Shown: positions 48,781 through 52,685 of the stretch, in pieces
Position numbering within the stretch: position 1 is the first letter of the stretch
Layout: every line of letters starts with the position of its first letter
NCBI GenBank assembly: GCA_043738185.1
Contig: JAYSZD010001079.1
Coordinates: 1-52,685 of the forward strand
Direction of reading: 5' to 3'
DNA: 52,685 nucleotides
From: Hymenobacter sp.
GTDB taxonomy: Bacteria; Bacteroidota; Bacteroidia; Cytophagales; Hymenobacteraceae
Translations under genes and position numbers: made by a program
Notes under the pieces: generated by a model
Seen by the model: the letters and a program-made list of their open reading frames with translations, nothing else
Database searches by the model: none
What the model was told of the DNA's origin: nothing

Positions 48781-49102
48781 CGCAGAGGTTGTGGCTTATT
48801 CCTATTACCTCAGCCAAATACGATTTTTAGGTGGCCCACAGCGTAGAAGCCTTCTGAAAGCTGTTTGAGCAAACAGGCTTTGGATTAGTGAGCCCAATCC
48901 GGCCCAGCATGGTGTAGCACAGCAGGAGTTCACTTGGGCGGTAGTTTTGTTAGGGACCGTAATTGGTGTGAGTGAATTTGTCTGCCTGCAGGCAACAGCC
49001 ATGATTTGATACCGGAGTGAAATATGTAAAAGACCTGACACATTCCTGATTCGTATTGTAGAGAGTCATTTTCCCGACATATTCTTTTACAGATGCTTCC
49101 CA

Positions 49103-49227
49103 TAATTCTCACCACCTTTGACTTAATTCCAAGCTTTTAGCATCGGCTTCGGTCAGCTTTCGCACTAGCTTTGAATGTAAATGGATGTTAAATGGCAGAA
49201 AGTTCTCATCGGGTCCGGCGTTTAACA
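49103..49227 (-). repeat. Opposite transposon end with spaced putative TnsB sites
   Basis: TGTTAAAC then GCCGGACCCGATGAGAACTT (49200-49219); weaker sites at 49134-49153 and 49103-49122. Confidence 0.8.
49166..49173 (+). promoter_or_regulatory. Putative outward-facing Bacteroidota -7 promoter box inside the transposon end
   Basis: TAGCTTTG matches TAnnTTTG, 11 bp before the in-frame ATG at 49185; no clear -33 box. Confidence 0.4.
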
Positions 49228-49232
49228 GCAGC
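49228..49232. repeat. Target-site duplication GCAGC (right copy)
   Basis: Matches 4664-4668. Confidence 0.95.
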
Positions 49233-49907
49233 AACCCGCAGCCGGGCGAAATCTCGCTCGCGCACAACGGCGTCCTGTTTCTGGACGAGCTGCCGGAGTT
49301 TAAGCGCACGGTGCTGGAGGTGATGCGCCAGCCGCTGGAAGAACGCCGCGTGACCATTTCGCGGGCCAAGGTGAGCATTGAGTTTCCGGCCAACTTCATG
49401 CTCATTGCCAGCATGAACCCCTGCCCCTGTGGCTACTACAACCACCCCGAAAAGGAATGCGTGTGCGGCCCCGGCGTGGTGCAGAAATACCTCAACAAAG
49501 TATCCGGGCCGTTGCTCGACCGCATCGACCTGCACGTGGAAGTAACGCCCGTCACCTTCGACCAGATGACCGAGACGCGCAAGGCCGAAACCAGCGCCGA
49601 CATTCAGCCCCGCGTAGACAAGGCCCGCCAGGTCCAGGAAACGCGGTTTCGGGACTACGCCGACATTCATTCCAACGCCATGATGCCGCCGCAGATGGTG
49701 AAGGACCTCTGCCAAATCAGCGAAGAAGGCCGCACGCTGCTGAAAACAGCCATGGAGCGCCTCGGTCTCTCGGCCCGCGCCTACGACCGAATTCTAAAAG
49801 TGGCCCGCACCATTGCCGACCTGGCAGGCACCGACGATATTCAAATCAATCATTTGGCCGAAGCCATTCAGTACCGCAGCCTCGACCGGGAGGGCTGGGC
49901 GGGGTAA
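49233..49907 (+). pseudogene. comM: 3' part of comM/yifB
   Basis: NPQPGEISLAHNGVLFLDELPEF (Walker B), ASMNPCPCG, SGPLLDRIDL, LSARAYDRILKVARTIADL. Confidence 0.95.
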
Positions 49908-49915
49908 CCATCATT

Positions 49916-50950
49916 ATGTACAAGGCCCTAGTCAAACCTGCTCTTTTCAACCTCGACGCCGAGCGCGCCCACCACCTCGTTTTCGACAACCTGCGCCGCG
50001 CCGCGCGGGTGCCGGGTGCCAAGGCGGTGCTGCGCGGGCTGTACGACTACCAGCACCCGAGCCTGGCGCGGGAGCTCTTCGGGCTAAAATTCCCGAATCC
50101 GGTGGGGCTGGCGGCGGGGTTTGATAAAAACGCCGTGCTCACCGATGAGCTGGCCACGCTGGGCTTTGGCTTTGTGGAGATTGGGACGGTGACGCCCCGG
50201 CCGCAGCCCGGCAACCCGCAGCCGCGCCTGTTCCGGCTGCCGCAGGACGAAGCCCTGGTGAACCGCATGGGTTTCAACAACGATGGGGCCGCGGCGGTGG
50301 CCGCCCGGCTGGCGCGGCGCCGGAACGGGCAGCTCATCATCGGCGGCAATATTGGTAAGAACAAAGACACGCCCAACGAACAAGCCGCCGCCGACTACGT
50401 GGCCTGCTTCGAGGCCCTAGCCAACGTGGTGGACTATTTTGTGGTTAACGTTTCATCGCCCAACACGCCTAATCTGCGCCAGCTGCAGGAGAAAAAGCCA
50501 CTCATCGACCTGCTCCAGCAGGTGCAAGCCTGCAACCAGCGCCGCCCTAAGCCGCGCCCGCTGCTGCTGAAAATAGCGCCCGACCTAACCGATTCGCAGC
50601 TCGACGACATTCTGGAGATAGCCGAGGAAACCCAGCTCAGCGGCCTGGTAGCCACCAATACCACCATCAGCCGCGATAATCTGGTGACCAATGCCGCCCA
50701 GGTGGCGGCCTTGGGCGCGGGCGGACTGAGCGGCCGGCCGTTGCGGGCGCGGGCCACGGAGGTAATCCGCTACTTGCACGAGCGCAGCCACGGCAACCTG
50801 CCCATTATTGGCGCGGGTGGCATTCATTCGGCGGCCGATGCGTTGGAGAAGCTGGCGGCCGGCGCTTCGCTGGTGCAGCTCTACACCGGCTTCATTTACG
50901 AAGGGCCAGCGCTGGTGAGTCAGATAAACAAGGGACTGGTGAAGCGCTAA
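49916..50950 (+). CDS. pyrD: Quinone-dependent dihydroorotate dehydrogenase
   Basis: NPVGLAAGFDKNA, NRMGFNN, NVSSPNTPNLR, KIAPD, GGLSG; ATG 49916. Confidence 0.95.
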   Translation: MYKALVKPALFNLDAERAHHLVFDNLRRAARVPGAKAVLRGLYDYQHPSLARELFGLKFPNPVGLAAGFDKNAVLTDELATLGFGFVEIGTVTPRPQPGNPQPRLFRLPQDEALVNRMGFNNDGAAAVAARLARRRNGQLIIGGNIGKNKDTPNEQAAADYVACFEALANVVDYFVVNVSSPNTPNLRQLQEKKPLIDLLQQVQACNQRRPKPRPLLLKIAPDLTDSQLDDILEIAEETQLSGLVATNTTISRDNLVTNAAQVAALGAGGLSGRPLRARATEVIRYLHERSHGNLPIIGAGGIHSAADALEKLAAGASLVQLYTGFIYEGPALVSQINKGLVKR

Positions 50951-50967
50951 GGCAAGCAACGGGCGGG

Positions 50968-52098
50968 CTACAGCTTCGCTCCTATTTTGAACTCGATGAC
51001 ATCGGCGGAGCCCCGGTGAACTTTCAGGTCGATGGCCCCGAAAAGCAGGTCGGTGACGTGGTATTTCAGCCCCAGCCGCTCGTAGTAGAACGTGCTCGAC
51101 CGATAGGGCTCGTACACGTAGATGCCCAGGTGCGAAACGACGGACATCCGCCCGAAGAGCCATTCGTGGCCCACAAATACGCCGGCCTTCTTCACGTCGG
51201 GTTGCCGGAGGCCGGCGCGGGTTGTGTCCTCCAACGTAGCTTTCAGCGACCGGTCGTAGAAACCCTCGGCCCCGGCCACCAGCGCGGATTTGCGGCTGAC
51301 GCGCCGGCCTACCGCGGCGCTGATGGAATTGACGAGGTACTTCTGCTGGTCGCTCTGCGAGCGCTGCTTGAAGCCCAGGCTGGTGCTCAGGTTGTAGAAC
51401 GTGCGGCCCACATCGGTCGGGGCGGGCGCGTTGGGGTTGCGCTGGGGCGGCGTGCGCAGCTGGTGGTAGTTGAGGCCCAGCAGCACGGAGGGCAGGTTCA
51501 CGCCCAGATTGGGCTTGGTGGTGGCACCGTTGGAATAATGGTTCAGGCCCAGGCCCACCAGCAAGCCCAGGTGCGGCGTCAGGGCATAGTCGTACTCAAA
51601 CCGCAGCTGAATACTGGCGTTGAAAGCCGAGCTGGCAATGTTGTTTTTGTGGTTGGAGAGGCGGTTGTAGGGCTTGGTGAGGTAGGCCAGCCCGGCCCCC
51701 AGGCGGAAGCTGAGGTCGTGCTTGGGGCGCCGCCACAACGACTTGCTCATGTAGGGCGTAGCAGCCACCGCGTGGCCCAGCACCGGATTGTGGAAGTCGT
51801 AATACGTGAGCGTGAGGCCAATTTTGGGGTAGCCGTGCCACCCGTGCCAGGGCTGGTCGCCGGTGGTTTGTCGCTGAAAATTCAACTCCAAGCCCGTGGG
51901 GTGCGACACCACCAGATGCCGGAGCGCCGCCGTGTGCGCCATGATAAAACTGCCCTGGGCATACACGCCCACCGCGAGCGGCGCCCGCCGCGCCGCCGCC
52001 GCCGAATCGGCCTGCGCGGCCACGGCCCGAGGCAGCAAGGCCAGCAACAGCCAGGCTAAGCGGCTCAATACCAGCCGAACTAGCACGTAATACCGCAT
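50968..52098 (-). CDS. Acyloxyacyl hydrolase / PagL-like outer-membrane protein
   Basis: Signal peptide followed by AQ; beta-barrel pattern; HYSNGATTKPNLGVN motif. Confidence 0.7.
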   Translation of the reverse strand: MRYYVLVRLVLSRLAWLLLALLPRAVAAQADSAAAARRAPLAVGVYAQGSFIMAHTAALRHLVVSHPTGLELNFQRQTTGDQPWHGWHGYPKIGLTLTYYDFHNPVLGHAVAATPYMSKSLWRRPKHDLSFRLGAGLAYLTKPYNRLSNHKNNIASSAFNASIQLRFEYDYALTPHLGLLVGLGLNHYSNGATTKPNLGVNLPSVLLGLNYHQLRTPPQRNPNAPAPTDVGRTFYNLSTSLGFKQRSQSDQQKYLVNSISAAVGRRVSRKSALVAGAEGFYDRSLKATLEDTTRAGLRQPDVKKAGVFVGHEWLFGRMSVVSHLGIYVYEPYRSSTFYYERLGLKYHVTDLLFGAIDLKVHRGSADVIEFKIGAKL

Positions 52099-52665
52099 AA
52101 AACAAGCATCGGGGCAACCACCAATTCACAATCCAGCCGTTGCATTTCCAGTGCTTTACCTAAGAAACAATTCCTGACGCCAGACGCGCCCGCTCCCCCA
52201 AAAGTCGTTACAAAAAAACGATAAGAAAAGGCGCAGTGGCCCGAATTGCCCCGTTTTCGCGCCGCATTCTTCGCTTGCTTTTTCTTGCGGCACACTCCTT
52301 AAACTCGGCGCCTGGCATAGCTGGGGGCACAAACCCAACTTGTCTTTCACGGTGGCGGCGCGGATTACAGCTACAAAAAAGCGCACGTAGTCAATTGCCG
52401 AAGCGCTATCTCGAAAAAGAAAACGTGGCGGGCCGCAAGGTTACGAAGCAGTTGACGTTGTTGTTTTTAGTCGGGCCGGAGCGCCCACCTGCCGGGCCTG
52501 GCGTGCGGAACAGGCCCAACAAGTGGGCGCTCCGGCGCAACCTTTTCCACCCATTACACGCTAAGAGGCCCGAATTAACCTAAAACAACGCATTTGCCTA
52601 CTACTACTTTATCTGATTCGTTCGTTCCCCATCCCTTTTTTAATCCTTAACACCTGTTATCTGTC

Positions 52666-52685
52666 ATGAAAAAAATTGCAGCACT
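52666..52685 (+). CDS. Start of a gene truncated by the window end (MKKIAA...)
   Basis: ATG after an AT-rich leader; signal-peptide-like start only. Confidence 0.35.

Larger units (their letters stand above)
4669..49227. mobile_element. Tn7-like (Tn6022/AbaR-like, TnsA+TniA/TniB/TniQ) transposon inserted in comM, 44,559 bp
   Basis: Ends TGTAAAAAGCCGAACCCAATGAGAA and (reverse complement) TGTTAAACGCCGGACCCGATGAGAA; 5-bp TSD; internal tnsABC-tniQ operon; split comM. Confidence 0.95.

Noticed and set aside
49457-49915. 153-aa N-terminal extension on pyrD
   Set aside because: It is an alternative frame over 3' comM in GC-rich DNA; the real start is ATG 49916.
51016-52059. 347-aa plus-strand ORF and similar antisense ORFs (e.g. 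3787-4566, 15679-16458)
   Set aside because: These are shadow ORFs opposite well-supported genes, expected in GC-rich sequence.

Overview
The window is a GC-rich Bacteroidota chromosome segment, Hymenobacter-like by gene content and TAnnTTTG promoter boxes (inferred). Its comM/yifB gene is split by a 44,559-bp Tn7-like transposon (4669-49227). The element has TGT...ACA ends, 20-bp TnsB-site repeats and a 5-bp GCAGC target duplication. It encodes an internal tnsA-tnsB-tnsC(TniB)-tniQ operon and, about 25 kb away beside one end, a divergent TnsE-like protein; no Cas, TnsD or TnsF is recognisable. One cargo block is a defence island: a Vsr/5mC-MTase/GHKL-histidine kinase/receiver/MORC/Z1/PD-(D/E)XK/AIPR Mza-like operon, plus VRR-NUC, SIR2, HNH, NucA-like and another PD-(D/E)XK protein. 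The other is an AT-rich grasp-with-spasm RiPP cluster with two related double-glycine precursors ending in CPAGC (one missed by the ORF track), a C39 exporter, HlyD, a VKOR-thioredoxin fusion and a glutaminyl-cyclase-like M28 enzyme. One intact IS5-family element and several pseudogenes are also present. The flanks are ordinary host genes (ABC exporter, gmhA, pyrD, acyloxyacyl hydrolase-like). All family assignments come from motif recognition by eye, not database searches.
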